64,000 nt of DNA from an uncultured cyanobacterium (GTDB taxonomy: Bacteria; Cyanobacteriota; Cyanobacteriia; Phormidesmidales; Phormidesmidaceae), in the NCBI GenBank assembly GCA_963793265.1, contig CAWBZI010000005.1, positions 370,787-434,786 of the forward strand. The letters run 5' to 3'. The notes beneath the pieces are model-generated. The model had not been told where the DNA came from, did not search any database, and worked only from the letters and a program-made list of their open reading frames with translations. A program made the translations under genes and the position numbers. Positions 29,011 through 39,624 of the stretch are shown here, piece after piece. How positions within the stretch are numbered: position 1 is the first letter of the stretch; every line of letters begins with the position of its first letter.

Positions 29011-30323
29011 GTAAGCTGCAAGACGATAAAGAGGACGCTGAAGCCAGATAGGTATATGAGGCCAGCGATCGCTAGTCTAGAAAGCCATAATCCAGGCCGA
29101 TCCACTTCGTCGAGTGTGGCAATACTGCGCATGTTAAGCCACGCGTAAAAAGGCGCGGCAACAAAGGCAATGATAGTAATGCTGTCGATCAGCGGCTCGA
29201 ATCCGGCGGTGAAGACGGTGAGGAGTAGGCCCGCTAGGGCGATGAAGGTGAGGGCTAGGCCCTGACGGATTGAAAAATTGTAGGTCTGGGTCGTAGGAAA
29301 TAGTTCGTGGAGGCCAGCGGCGAGGGTGCGGGGGAAGGCGTCTACGACGGTGAAAGTGGTGGAGAAAATGGCAGCGATCGCACACAGTCCAATCACCGGC
29401 TCTGCCCAAGCGCCAATGTAGCTCGTATACATACCCACAAGCTGCCCCGCAAACTCAGCCGGTTCACTTGCGAGCCCCTGCCCCGGCAGCGTCAGCGTTC
29501 CTAACGTCAAAAACAAACAGGCCAGCACCACCGTCAGCACATAGCCAAAATTAAAGTCAAAACTCGCCGCTGCCACCGAAGCCCTCTCGCCACTGTCTTC
29601 ACCATCCGCCTGCACCCACAGCGACTGCCAAATCGACAGCTCCAAACCGCCCGGCATCCACCCCATAAACCCAATCAAAAACGGCACCGCCGCCCAAGAG
29701 AAAATAGACCCTCTAGAAGACGTTGTATCTACAACTATTTTGGGTATCCCTTCCATAATGCTGGAACTCGCAGCGCCTGCAAGCTGCACATTTGCTGGAA
29801 AAACAGACGTATACATTGCCATAAAGACTGCACTAACAGTTGCTACAGATAGGAAAATAACGCACCATTTTGTAATCTGCTCGAACAAACGGTAGCGACC
29901 TACGGCAATCAGCATCCAGCAAAACAGCAGTACGCTAACGGCCAATACAGTTGAAGAAACCTGAGGAAACCATAGATATTGCAGCAGCATAGCGGCGACA
30001 AACGCATCTACTGCAAAGCTACCCACCGCGCTGACAAAGCTAATGGCTAAGAACGGAATAAAAAACCGCTTGCCCTGCTGCCGGTATGCCTGAATCAGGT
30101 TTTGCCCAGAAGCCGCCGCGTACCGATGCCCGTATTCATAAAACGGATACTTCATCAGGTTAGCCAGCAGCACGAAAGCCAGTGCCCCCCAGCCGTACAG
30201 CGCCCCAGCCCTCGTACTCTGCACCAAATGAGAGACGCCAATTGCTGCGCCTGCCATCAGTAGCCCTGGCCCGAGCTGCGAAAGCGAAAACATAAGGCTC
30301 TTTTTGTCTGTCGCTGTCGTCAT
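29007..30323 (-). CDS. NRAMP-like divalent metal transporter
   Basis: LGPGLLMAGAAIGVSHLVQSTRAG, KYPFYE and MGWMP; many TM helices. Confidence 0.8.
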   Translation of the reverse strand: MTTATDKKSLMFSLSQLGPGLLMAGAAIGVSHLVQSTRAGALYGWGALAFVLLANLMKYPFYEYGHRYAAASGQNLIQAYRQQGKRFFIPFLAISFVSAVGSFAVDAFVAAMLLQYLWFPQVSSTVLAVSVLLFCWMLIAVGRYRLFEQITKWCVIFLSVATVSAVFMAMYTSVFPANVQLAGAASSSIMEGIPKIVVDTTSSRGSIFSWAAVPFLIGFMGWMPGGLELSIWQSLWVQADGEDSGERASVAAASFDFNFGYVLTVVLACLFLTLGTLTLPGQGLASEPAEFAGQLVGMYTSYIGAWAEPVIGLCAIAAIFSTTFTVVDAFPRTLAAGLHELFPTTQTYNFSIRQGLALTFIALAGLLLTVFTAGFEPLIDSITIIAFVAAPFYAWLNMRSIATLDEVDRPGLWLSRLAIAGLIYLSGFSVLFIVLQLT

Positions 30324-30385
30324 TTCTTAGGGCTGCTACATCAGGTCTGGTCAATAGTATTATTAAGGAATATGACGCCCCAAAG

Positions 30386-31396
30386 ATGGAGTTTATGAAT
30401 CTGCTTCTTTCACTGCTGCTGGTGCTGCCGGTTATTGGTATTGCCGTTTACCTGCTCACCCCCCGCCGCTACGACTCTTCAGACTCCGTGGCGACCTCTT
30501 ACGACGAATGGACGCAAGACGGCATCCTGGAGTTTTACTGGGGCGAGCATATTCACCTGGGCCACTACGGCTCGCCGCCGAGGCAGAAGGACTTTCGGCA
30601 GGCGAAGTTTGATTTTGTACATGAGATGGTGAAGTGGGGCGGTTTGGATCAGTGCGCGCCAGGAACGACGCTGCTGGACGTGGGCTGCGGGATTGGCGGC
30701 AGTAGTCGGGTGCTAGCACGTGACTATGGCTTTGATGTGACGGCGGTGACGATTAGTCCGCAGCAGGTAGAGCGGGCAACGCAGCTGACGCCAGAGGGGC
30801 TGAGCGCACAGTTTTTAGTAGACGATGCGATGGCGCTGTCGTTTCCTGATGAGAGCTTTGACGTGGTGTGGTCTTTAGAGGCGGGGCCGCATATGCCGGA
30901 TAAGGCGGTGTTTGCGAGGGAATTATTGCGAGTGCTGAAGCCAGGCGGGCGGCTAGTGGTGGGCGATTGGAATCAGAGGGATGACCGCCGCAGGCCGCTG
31001 AACTTTTGGGAAAAGCCGGTGATGAAGCAGCTTTTAGATCAGTGGTCGCATCCTGAGTTTTCGAGCATAGAGGGGTTCTCAGAGCTGTTGGAAGAGACAG
31101 GGCTAGTGAAGGGCCAGGTGGAGACGGCGGACTGGTCGCAGGAAACGCTGCCGTCTTGGATTGATTCGATTTGGCAGGGAATTATTCGTCCGAAGGGACT
31201 GATTAAATTTGGCTTTTCAGGCTTTGTGAAGTCTGTGCGAGAAGTGCCGACGCTGCTACTGATGCGGTTGGCTTTTGGCAATGGGCTATGCCGGTTTGGC
31301 ATGTTTAGGGCGGTACGGGCTGAGGTACCCTCTGAGGCGTCAGGTGAGAAGCAAGATGCGATCGCTCAAAACAAAGCTGCGATCTCTAGCCACTAA
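30386..31396 (+). CDS. MPBQ/MSBQ-type SAM methyltransferase (tocopherol/plastoquinone pathway)
   Basis: YWGEHIHLGHYG, LDVGCGIGG and WSLEAGPHMPDK. Confidence 0.85.
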   Translation: MEFMNLLLSLLLVLPVIGIAVYLLTPRRYDSSDSVATSYDEWTQDGILEFYWGEHIHLGHYGSPPRQKDFRQAKFDFVHEMVKWGGLDQCAPGTTLLDVGCGIGGSSRVLARDYGFDVTAVTISPQQVERATQLTPEGLSAQFLVDDAMALSFPDESFDVVWSLEAGPHMPDKAVFARELLRVLKPGGRLVVGDWNQRDDRRRPLNFWEKPVMKQLLDQWSHPEFSSIEGFSELLEETGLVKGQVETADWSQETLPSWIDSIWQGIIRPKGLIKFGFSGFVKSVREVPTLLLMRLAFGNGLCRFGMFRAVRAEVPSEASGEKQDAIAQNKAAISSH

Positions 31397-31591
31397 CATT
31401 ATCCTTAAGCTATTGCACTGTTCTATCCCTGTACGAAAAATGTCATTGACATACGGACGTGTAAAATCAATCTTAGCTTTATACTAAGCCTCAGTTATTA
31501 TGCCTACCGTAGTTATACGGTTTTGTATTGACTTATCTTCCTCTGATGTCCATCAAAGGAATCGTTTTCATGTGCGCTACCCCTTTTTTCT

Positions 31592-32197
31592 ATGAGTTTT
31601 ATCCGACTGCTGCTTGACGAAAGCGTAGACAACTGGAACCAATGGCGAGCCGAAAATCCTAATACACCCTGTAGCCTAGCTGGAGAGGATCTGAGCTTAG
31701 GCTACTTTTATGAAGGCGACTTTAGCGGTGCAAATCTAAGAGGCGTGAACCTACAGCGAGCCTGCCTCATTGGTGCAGACTTAAGATGGGCCGATCTGCG
31801 AGGGGCAAAGCTGAACGGCGCTTATCTCGATGAGGCCAACTTCTACGGTGCGAATCTGACGGATGCTGAATTTGTCGGTGCAAGTTTGGATCGGGCTAAT
31901 TTGCGGCGCGTTCACTGGTTTGGAAAGCAGATAGCCTGTGCTGATGCGGGTGTTTTAGGTGTGGATTTGGCGATCGCTGAGAAGCCAACTGTACTAAAAG
32001 CCTCTTCAGCTAACAAGATTAGTCCGCAGCTCAGTCAAGCGTCCAGCCACCCAACGAACCAGCCGTTTGAGCAGCCACTCGAACAACAGGTTGAACGACG
32101 AAAAACCAGCCAGTTCGATCGAATACTCGCCTGGCGGCTTCGGCCTCAGCTCCGCATCGCTAAACCTCTCCCCATCCTGGGTTTAGGCGCTTCATAA
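31592..32197 (+). CDS. pentapeptide repeat protein
   Basis: WNQWR start and A[N/D]Lxx repeats. Confidence 0.85.
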   Translation: MSFIRLLLDESVDNWNQWRAENPNTPCSLAGEDLSLGYFYEGDFSGANLRGVNLQRACLIGADLRWADLRGAKLNGAYLDEANFYGANLTDAEFVGASLDRANLRRVHWFGKQIACADAGVLGVDLAIAEKPTVLKASSANKISPQLSQASSHPTNQPFEQPLEQQVERRKTSQFDRILAWRLRPQLRIAKPLPILGLGAS

Positions 32198-33308
32198 TTG
32201 GGTTATAAACTTTGAAGTAAGCAATCGAACCGACCTGTCGTAAAAGAGACTTTTGCTTAGTATCAGCGCCCATGCAGCGCTGACAAACAGGGTTAGTCAC
32301 CTGAAACTTATCGAAGCCAGAACGCAGGCCGCAGGCCGGAGCTTGCCGATCAAGGATGTCGAGCAGCGTATTGTTGTTTAAGTTGCCCAACGGAATTTTG
32401 CCATCGTAGTCTTTACAGCAAGGAACAACGGTTCCGTCGTATAGAATGCCTGCCTGGTCGGTGGTGCCGTTGCAATAGCCAAAGGTGGCCGGTACAACAG
32501 TTGTGCTTTCGACGTTGCCCCAACTATCAAGCGGAAAGGTTTCAAGGGCGAGTTTTGGGGTGAGTTCTATCACCTGCCATCGACCGGGCTTATGAGTGGC
32601 TAGTTTCTGTTGTATTTCTGTTGGTGATGGGCGGTCAGGTAGGTTTGAAAGGAGGCGATCGCTCCACTCTTTTAACTGCTGCTGCATCTGTTCTTTTCCT
32701 TCTACTACGTGCATCGTTTTGTGCGGTACCAGGAAAGGATGCGGCGTCGTATCTAGGAATTTCAGATGCACACGCGTTTGCGAAGTCTCGTCTGCAAGGT
32801 TTGCCTGCACATATTGAGTAATGCCTTCAAAGTATTGCTGCGGCTGAAGGTTTGGCGGTGCGCCTCGAATGATGAATGTGTCAGGGTCGGGCGTTTGCAG
32901 TGAGATAGTGACTTTGGGGATGCCGGAAGCTACGAGTTTAGAGATATGCTCGGGGCGGATGTGGAAGGTGCTGCCGTTGGTGGTGAGATGAAGGTTGAGA
33001 TTGCGTTCGGTGGCCAGTGCGATCGCCTCAAAAATATGCGGATAGATCAACGGCTCGCCCATCAAATGAAAGGCCACAATCTTAGCGACGTTGTTATCGG
33101 CAATCTCATCTAGCGCTTTAGTCAGCAGCGCTTTGTCCATATGCCCGCGCTTGCGTTCCATAATCGCATCCGGGCAAAACTCACACTTAAAGTTACACAC
33201 ATTCGTAACTTCTAAATGAATGCGCTCTAGCCGGTAGCCTTTGTCTTTCTGAGAAGACTGCTGAGAACGTGTGCTCGCTGGTGACGCGGTACGATAGGCC
33301 GTAGACAT
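32160..33308 (-). CDS. radical SAM/SPASM(twitch) protein
   Basis: CNFKCEFC, MGEP and C..GILYDGTVVPCC.D..LGN..CQRC. Confidence 0.88.
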   Translation of the reverse strand: MSTAYRTASPASTRSQQSSQKDKGYRLERIHLEVTNVCNFKCEFCPDAIMERKRGHMDKALLTKALDEIADNNVAKIVAFHLMGEPLIYPHIFEAIALATERNLNLHLTTNGSTFHIRPEHISKLVASGIPKVTISLQTPDPDTFIIRGAPPNLQPQQYFEGITQYVQANLADETSQTRVHLKFLDTTPHPFLVPHKTMHVVEGKEQMQQQLKEWSDRLLSNLPDRPSPTEIQQKLATHKPGRWQVIELTPKLALETFPLDSWGNVESTTVVPATFGYCNGTTDQAGILYDGTVVPCCKDYDGKIPLGNLNNNTLLDILDRQAPACGLRSGFDKFQVTNPVCQRCMGADTKQKSLLRQVGSIAYFKVYNPIMKRLNPGWGEV

Positions 33309-33419
33309 ATAGAAATCACTGCTGCTATAGAGATCGCGCTTCTTACTTTAGCAACGGAGCCTAGATAGTTGCTGAGAGCGTGGTGAAAATTTTAGGGTTG
33401 AGGCAAGAGGACAGGCACG

Positions 33420-33992
33420 ATGAGCAAAACGATTGAGGCGGCAGTGGCATACCTAAAAGGAGAGGGTGAAAAGCCGAAGCCTGCTGATGTAGTGGCGGCT
33501 TTGCTAGCAGCAGAGAAGCAGAGCAAAAAAGAAAAGCTGCGCTATGACTATGATCAGTTTGTAGGAACCTGGCGGTTGGGGTTTGTCTCGGGTACGAAAA
33601 CTGTACGGTCTGGCCCTAAATCTACACCCGTCAAAAGACCTGGAAAGGGTCGGTTTCTGCCCGGTTTTGCAAAGATAGAAATTACCTACACTGATGCAAA
33701 TACTGTAAAGAATGCTGTCAGCGCTGGGCCGCTACGGCTGCAACTGAGTGGGCCCACTCGATTTTGGCGCAACACAAACAGCTTAGCGTTTGACTTTACG
33801 CATTTGAATGCTGGTATAGGGCCGCTGACGGTTTACAACGGTGACATGCGTGGCGGTGACGCTCAAGCGCAAACGTTTCTCAGTCAATCTTTAAAGGATC
33901 AAGCCTTTTTTACGTTTTTCATCGTGGAAGAAACGTTTATTGCCGCTAGAGGTAAGGGCGGTGGGCTGGCACTGTGGACTGCGGTGGGCTAG
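33420..33992 (+). CDS. hypothetical protein (fibrillin/lipocalin-like motifs)
   Basis: GTWRL and ARGKGGGLALW. Confidence 0.65.
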   Translation: MSKTIEAAVAYLKGEGEKPKPADVVAALLAAEKQSKKEKLRYDYDQFVGTWRLGFVSGTKTVRSGPKSTPVKRPGKGRFLPGFAKIEITYTDANTVKNAVSAGPLRLQLSGPTRFWRNTNSLAFDFTHLNAGIGPLTVYNGDMRGGDAQAQTFLSQSLKDQAFFTFFIVEETFIAARGKGGGLALWTAVG

Positions 33993-34480
33993 CCAGCTTC
34001 TAGATTTTGGACGCGATCGCCTATCCTTCTCACATCTTGATTCGTAGCTACTAGCTCAGCAAGAAGCCTCTGAATAACTTCCTGTTGGGCGTCAAACCGC
34101 TGTCTATACTCTTCACGGTTGAGTTCGTCTTGTCGTCTGCTTGCTTCAAATCGCTGCCTGTACTCCTCACGGTCGAGTTCGACCTGCTGCCTATCAGCGA
34201 TCGCTTCATCCCGCAAATTGTTAAACCGCTGCCGATCTTCTTCTATCTTGCGATCTATTCGCTGCCGATCGGCGATTGCATCGGCGCGTAAGTTATCAAA
34301 ACGCTGATTACTTTCAGCCATATTGCGAGTAAGGTTTCGTATTTCTACCTCGTTCGTAGAAATTGCGCCTAGCAAAGTATCTATTTCATCGGTATGTCTC
34401 GCCTGCTGGGCTGCTGTTTCGTTTAGGCGATCGCCTATCACAATTAGCAATGCTTCAAGCCGATCTAGCCGTTCACTCAT
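33989..34480 (-). CDS. coiled-coil hypothetical protein with internal repeats
   Basis: RFxNLRxxAIADRQ x2 and REEYRQRF x2. Confidence 0.7.
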   Translation of the reverse strand: MSERLDRLEALLIVIGDRLNETAAQQARHTDEIDTLLGAISTNEVEIRNLTRNMAESNQRFDNLRADAIADRQRIDRKIEEDRQRFNNLRDEAIADRQQVELDREEYRQRFEASRRQDELNREEYRQRFDAQQEVIQRLLAELVATNQDVRRIGDRVQNLEAG

Positions 34481-34554
34481 CTCACTTCGTTTCCTAAACT
34501 TTTGTCTGAATAGCTGCCCTTTAAAATACTACCAACTCGTTCTTTATTGAGACA

Positions 34555-34590
34555 AAAAAAGGGTCAGGCACCTATCAAGCCTAACCCCCT
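34555..34590 (-). terminator. intrinsic terminator of acsF
   Basis: gggtcaggc/gcctaaccc stem with a U-tract on the minus strand. Confidence 0.6.
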
Positions 34591-34615
34591 CTTAATAGCT
34601 GTTTTCGTGAGCGAA

Positions 34616-35713
34616 TTACTTCACAATCTCGCGGTTGCTTTCCATGCTGATAGGCTTGATGAAGTACAAGCTAATGAGCTTAGAGCCAATCGCAGTGATG
34701 TGAGGAATCTTGCGGAGGGTCTGGAGCACTTTGTTTTGACCAGATTTGCTGATGTTGGCGATCGCAGCCGTATGCTTCGTACAGCTATCAAGCTGACTAA
34801 AGAACTTAGGATGCTCAACATCCAAAATCACCGGGAACAAGCGACCGGCTGATTCGTTGGTTTTGATGATCACTTCCGTGTCGTACTCGCGCGCATTTAG
34901 GCCCAAAGACTCGTAAAAAGCCCGGCGCTGAATGTCGTTGAGGTACATGGTTGCAAATACCGAGAGCAAGAAGAACCGGCACCACAGTCGCGCTCTGAGA
35001 TCGTTCAAAAACTGGGGCTGAGACTTCATCATCGCGGCAAAAAAGTCGCCGTGACGGTTTTCGTCCTGGCACCAGTTGTCGAAGAAGTTGAAGATAGGAT
35101 AGATGGTATCTTCAGGGTTTTGCTGCAGGTGGCGGAAGATGGTGATGTAGCGCCAGTAGCCAATTTTCTCGGAGAGATAGGTGGCGTAGAAGATGAACTT
35201 AGGTTTGAAGAACGTATAGCTTTTGCTCTTGGTTAAAAAGCCAAGATCGAGCTGAAGGTCGAAGTCAGACATGGCTTTGTTGAGAAAGCCTGCGTGACGC
35301 GCTTCGTCGCGGCTCATCAAGTCAAAGCCTTCTGCCAGGATAGGATTGCGGCCTTTGAGCTTGCGCGCGAGTTCTTTGTACAGCAAAAAGCCGGAGAATT
35401 CAGCGGTGCAGGAGCGCTCTAAGAACTCGACAAACACCTTGCGCTTTTCACCTTGAATATGATCCCAAGCGCCGTCGAACTGGTCGTTGCGCACGAAATG
35501 GTGGCGGTTGTAGTCCTCTTTGAACTCGGCAATGATAGCCATGAGTTCTTCTTCGTTTGAAGAGACATCCATGTTGGCCATCTCTTCAAAGTCGGTGGTG
35601 TAAAACCGGGGCGTTAGGATGCTGTCCTTGGCCGGTGCTTTTACGCCGGGGCGAATCTCAGAGAATTCATTTTCTAACGAAGGTTTTGCCGGTTTCTTCA
35701 GGGAATCTACCAT
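34616..35713 (-). CDS. acsF: Mg-protoporphyrin IX monomethyl ester oxidative cyclase
   Basis: [28 protein letters not shown] and [11 protein letters not shown] 35713 after GAGG. Confidence 0.96.
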   Translation of the reverse strand: MVDSLKKPAKPSLENEFSEIRPGVKAPAKDSILTPRFYTTDFEEMANMDVSSNEEELMAIIAEFKEDYNRHHFVRNDQFDGAWDHIQGEKRKVFVEFLERSCTAEFSGFLLYKELARKLKGRNPILAEGFDLMSRDEARHAGFLNKAMSDFDLQLDLGFLTKSKSYTFFKPKFIFYATYLSEKIGYWRYITIFRHLQQNPEDTIYPIFNFFDNWCQDENRHGDFFAAMMKSQPQFLNDLRARLWCRFFLLSVFATMYLNDIQRRAFYESLGLNAREYDTEVIIKTNESAGRLFPVILDVEHPKFFSQLDSCTKHTAAIANISKSGQNKVLQTLRKIPHITAIGSKLISLYFIKPISMESNREIVK

Positions 35714-35946
35714 TGAGTCCTCTTGCCTGTGCCTTGAGCTTTTATATTTTAGGGGTGTTTGCGGGCTTGATTGGCAGGCCGTTACGAACACTTTACGATT
35801 CACTATTTCTGAAGTGCTGACTTCAGAATATGAATACTTAGTGTACAAGATAAAAACTTTTGATCGGTGGTTTTAAAGAATTGCAACAATTTGGCTGACA
35901 AGAGAGTCAACGATTACGGGTAAGCGTCGGTGCAAAGGGTTCAGTT

Positions 35947-36402
35947 ATGAATGATCGAGGTCGGGCGTTTGTAAAGCTTCTCTGGAACTGGGCTTGGGCC
36001 TATCCCTTGGTGATGATTTGGGGCGTGGATTTGATGGTGAGTGCGGCGCTACGGCGCGATATGGCGCTGGCCTCTGAGTGGCTACCTAAGCTGTTTCAAA
36101 GTGTGATTGCAGCTCTCCCGTTCATTGCTTTGGCCGTATGCGCTCAGACGCTTTTGGCAAGGGGCCAGGGCCAGGGCGATCGCCGCACAATAGACGGCCT
36201 GAGATTTGCAGCGGTGAGTGTAGTGGCGGCTTCTATGGTGCTTTGGTGCGCCTACTACTGGAATAGCATTGCGACCTACACCCAGCGATCGGTAGGCGGC
36301 GCGAATATTGGCTTGGGGATACTCATCCTGCTTTCCCCCATTTTGCTATCACTGCTGATTCCGGTGGCCTATCTAATTGGGGTCAGGCTATCAAAGGCGT
36401 GA
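35947..36402 (+). CDS. hypothetical membrane protein
   Basis: Four hydrophobic segments; GANIGLG. Confidence 0.7.
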   Translation: MNDRGRAFVKLLWNWAWAYPLVMIWGVDLMVSAALRRDMALASEWLPKLFQSVIAALPFIALAVCAQTLLARGQGQGDRRTIDGLRFAAVSVVAASMVLWCAYYWNSIATYTQRSVGGANIGLGILILLSPILLSLLIPVAYLIGVRLSKA

Positions 36403-36421
36403 TGGCTAGCTGAGGGGCCAG

Positions 36422-38068
36422 CTACCAGTCAAACTTTTCGACTGCATCGTACAAATCTGTTGTCTGTGTCTCTTCAGCCTCAACTTCTTCAGCCTCAGGA
36501 TCGTCTGTCTCCACCTCGACCCTCTGCCTCGCCTCATAAGCTGCTAGCTCACGCGCCACAATCGCCTGAATTTCTTCGTGTGCCGCTACGCCCTCATAGA
36601 CATAACGGTCGTAGCCGCCGCGCTCTACCAAGCTTTGCAAGTACGTCACCCGGTCTTCAGGGTTGGGATGGGTAGATATCCAGGCAGGGGCTCTAGGGCC
36701 ATCACTTTGCTCGTTCAGCGTCACCATCACGTTGTACAGCCCGTCTGCTGCATAGCCACCTGCCGCTAAAATTTGGGTGCCGACAATATCTGCCTGGCGC
36801 TCCATGCCGCGAGAGTAGCCGCTGATAAAGACGTTGTTGATTAGCCCGCCGTAGGGAATGTGCTGGGCGACGCTGCTGCTGAGATTGCCTCTGGTCGCAA
36901 TTTGAAAGCCGTGAGAGAGGACGCTGTGTGAAAGCTCATGGGCCAGCAGTCCGGCTAGCTCGGCTTCGGAGTTGGTGTCGAGAATTGCGCCCGCGTTGAC
37001 GAATACTTTGCCGCCAGGCAGGGCGAAGGCGTTGAGAGTAGGATCTAGGATGACGAAAAATTCGTAGTCCAAGTCGCTGCGGCCTGTGGTGGCAGCTAGG
37101 CTGTTGCCGATACGGCGGACGTAGCCCAAAGCTTCGGGGTGCTCTAGCATCGGGAGCTGTTGCTGAATGCGATTGGCGTACTGGTTGCCAATGTTGTTTT
37201 CGCCTTGCAGCAGCATCACCGCTGAGTTAGCGGCGGTGAAGGGGCCGAAAATGCTACCGGTGAGGGCGTAGCTGAGGATGCCTGTAAAGGCGTTGGCGAT
37301 CGCACCTTCTCGCAAATCACCTCGAGTCTCACGCTGGAAGCGCGCTTGGTTCTCAGCGGCTAGGGCGGCTTGCGTAGGGGCTTGGGGATGGTCGGGGTTT
37401 AGGGCGACGAACTGACGAGAGGCGATCACAGCTTCTAACCACTGCGCTTGAGACATCAGCAAATCGACCTGCGCGCTCAGTAAGTCAGCCTGCGCCGGGT
37501 ACTGCGTTAGCGCCGCCTCTAGCACAGCATTGGCCTCATCAGCGCGACCGTCAGCTTCTAGCATCTGCGCATACTTCAGATGGCCCGGTATAAAGGCAGG
37601 TTCTTGGTCACTCAGCAGCGAAAAAGCCACCAGCGTTTGCGAAGGTCTTTCATTCGCCATCCCTGCTTGAGCTTCACGCCAATACACCGCGCCCGCAGGC
37701 GAAAGCAGCCTCTCATCACTGAAAGGCTCTGGTGGCAGCTTTCCAAATCGATTAAACGGTAGCCAGTTTTCGTCTTTGGCCTGTCGGTACAGCGCCCGCG
37801 CTGCTGCAAAGTTACCGGCTGCGTATTCTGCATCTCCCCGTATTAACAGCTTCCGGCGAGTGCGCTCAGCTTCTGTCAAACGCGGCGCTTCGTTCTCCTC
37901 AACCGGCTCAGTTGGAACAGATTGCTCAACCGGCTCGGTTATAACAGGGTCTTCAGGCGCTGCTGTAGGTTCACTGGTTTGCGCGATCGCAGGCGCGATA
38001 TATCCGCTGGCAACAGAAAAGGTAAAACTGCTAATCACCGCCAACAGGAATGCCGTAGTGCGCTTCAT
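36422..38068 (-). CDS. M48-family metallopeptidase with TPR-like region
   Basis: Signal peptide, NAFALPGG, HELSH, ERQAD and STHP. Confidence 0.9.
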   Translation of the reverse strand: MKRTTAFLLAVISSFTFSVASGYIAPAIAQTSEPTAAPEDPVITEPVEQSVPTEPVEENEAPRLTEAERTRRKLLIRGDAEYAAGNFAAARALYRQAKDENWLPFNRFGKLPPEPFSDERLLSPAGAVYWREAQAGMANERPSQTLVAFSLLSDQEPAFIPGHLKYAQMLEADGRADEANAVLEAALTQYPAQADLLSAQVDLLMSQAQWLEAVIASRQFVALNPDHPQAPTQAALAAENQARFQRETRGDLREGAIANAFTGILSYALTGSIFGPFTAANSAVMLLQGENNIGNQYANRIQQQLPMLEHPEALGYVRRIGNSLAATTGRSDLDYEFFVILDPTLNAFALPGGKVFVNAGAILDTNSEAELAGLLAHELSHSVLSHGFQIATRGNLSSSVAQHIPYGGLINNVFISGYSRGMERQADIVGTQILAAGGYAADGLYNVMVTLNEQSDGPRAPAWISTHPNPEDRVTYLQSLVERGGYDRYVYEGVAAHEEIQAIVARELAAYEARQRVEVETDDPEAEEVEAEETQTTDLYDAVEKFDW

Positions 38069-38194
38069 GACGCCTGATATCTCCTAACTCAAAGTGCAAT
38101 TTAAATACGTCTAGATAGGAAAGCGATTTATAGGGATATGCCATCCAGTGATTGCTATACTAAATCCTGTAGAGATTCTTAAGACATATACACT

Positions 38195-38680
38195 ATGAGT
38201 TCCGAAACCCTAGAAGCTATTAAACCATGGCTTAATTTTATCCACCCTATATTGATGTGGGGAATTTTGGGGCTGACGCTTTATGCGGGTTGGCTAGGGT
38301 ATCAGCACCGACAAACTCGCTTGGCGACAGGTGAAGAGAAGAAGGCGCTGATAAAAGGCAAGTTTTTGGCGCGTCACCACAAGGCAGGCTCTATTTTGCT
38401 GGCCTCAATGGTCGTTGTTAGCATTGGCGGTATGGGCGCGACGTACCTCAACAATGGCAAGCTGTTTTTTGGCCCTCATCTGCTTGCAGGCTTAGGCATG
38501 ATGGGCCTGATCGCCACGTCGGCTTCGCTAGTTCCCTTTATGCAAAAAGGCAACGATTCGGCCCGCTACACGCATATTGGACTAAACACGGTGCTAGTGG
38601 GCTTGTTTGGCTGGCAGGCATTTAGCGGCGTGCAAATTGTACAAAAGATTCTAAACGGGATGTTTGGGTGGTTCGCTTAG
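38195..38680 (+). CDS. DUF4079-like membrane protein
   Basis: HPILMW, HHKAG, GPHL and HIGLN (His pattern in TM helices). Confidence 0.8.
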   Translation: MSSETLEAIKPWLNFIHPILMWGILGLTLYAGWLGYQHRQTRLATGEEKKALIKGKFLARHHKAGSILLASMVVVSIGGMGATYLNNGKLFFGPHLLAGLGMMGLIATSASLVPFMQKGNDSARYTHIGLNTVLVGLFGWQAFSGVQIVQKILNGMFGWFA

Positions 38681-38728
38681 GCGCTGCGCTGGCTAGAGTC
38701 TAAAGTAAGTAGCAATTTAAGTGAATAC

Positions 38729-38770
38729 AAAAAAAGGCAGACTCTAGGCTTCTTCTAGGGTCTGCCTTTT
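38729..38770. terminator. bidirectional intrinsic terminator
   Basis: aaaaggcagactctag/ctagggtctgcctttt. Confidence 0.75.
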
Positions 38771-39159
38771 GGCTTCTTACACTGCGGGTTCACGCAGAGC
38801 AGTCGATGGAGGTTGGATTTCTGTCTGGCTAGAAATTTTGTAATCTCTTTTGGATCAGAATGCTGCTATCGGCTGCTCGTTTTGCAGTGGTTTACTTCGC
38901 TATGAATAACATGCCCTTACATCAAAAAAACTTGCTGTTAAAAGCCGTGATTTAAGGATTGTTTAATTTTACTTCTGTAGAAAAAAAGGGGGGGACAGTT
39001 CTGTAACCTTACTAAGCTTACCTTTTTGACTCGCAGAGATAGATCTACCCAGATAGATATACTCAGAAATTTTGCTCTAAGATTTTGCCCCTATACGCTT
39101 GCGGAGCTACAGGGCAACTCAGTAATGTAAATTTGTCAGTAAGAATACGGAAAATCGTC

Positions 39160-39558
39160 ATGGAGAAGCAACAAACCAGGAAGCTATCGGCCCTGATAGC
39201 CTCAGTGGGATTAGGAGGCTGCGGCCTAGTTGGAAGCCTATTGGCCTCTGGTGTGAGTGCTCAGACCAGGGTTGTAAATCCAGCTCGTGACCCTGAGCAG
39301 GTGCCTACAGCTCGCTACGGACGAGGTGAATCGGTGGATTTGTCTTTGATCGTTGAAGAATGGCGCGATCGCTACCCAGCCACACCTATTTTCGTTTGCA
39401 CCTGCAATGCCTTTGCCTGCGGTGATACAACCGCCTGGCCCTTTAGAGTCTTTACCCGCTATCAGCCCTTTGTAGCACTTGGCGATAACAACGCGGCGAG
39501 CAATGAGGATAACGGCTTCAACTGTTTTGATATGGAGACGGGCGATCGCCCCCGATAA
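39160..39558 (+). CDS. secreted small protein with 4-Cys domain
   Basis: Signal peptide (VSA); domain shared with the next gene. Confidence 0.75.
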   Translation: MEKQQTRKLSALIASVGLGGCGLVGSLLASGVSAQTRVVNPARDPEQVPTARYGRGESVDLSLIVEEWRDRYPATPIFVCTCNAFACGDTTAWPFRVFTRYQPFVALGDNNAASNEDNGFNCFDMETGDRPR

Positions 39559-39624
39559 GACTAGCCAGATCAAAATTCAGTTAAATAGTTTTAAATAATT
39601 TGAACATCGTTTGGGTTACAAAAC

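Noticed and set aside
32160..33308. RiPP cluster around the SPASM radical SAM
   Set aside because: No precursor, RRE, peptidase or transporter adjacent.
33989..34480. Internal repeats as a novel repeat system
   Set aside because: Ordinary short intragenic duplications in a coiled-coil protein.
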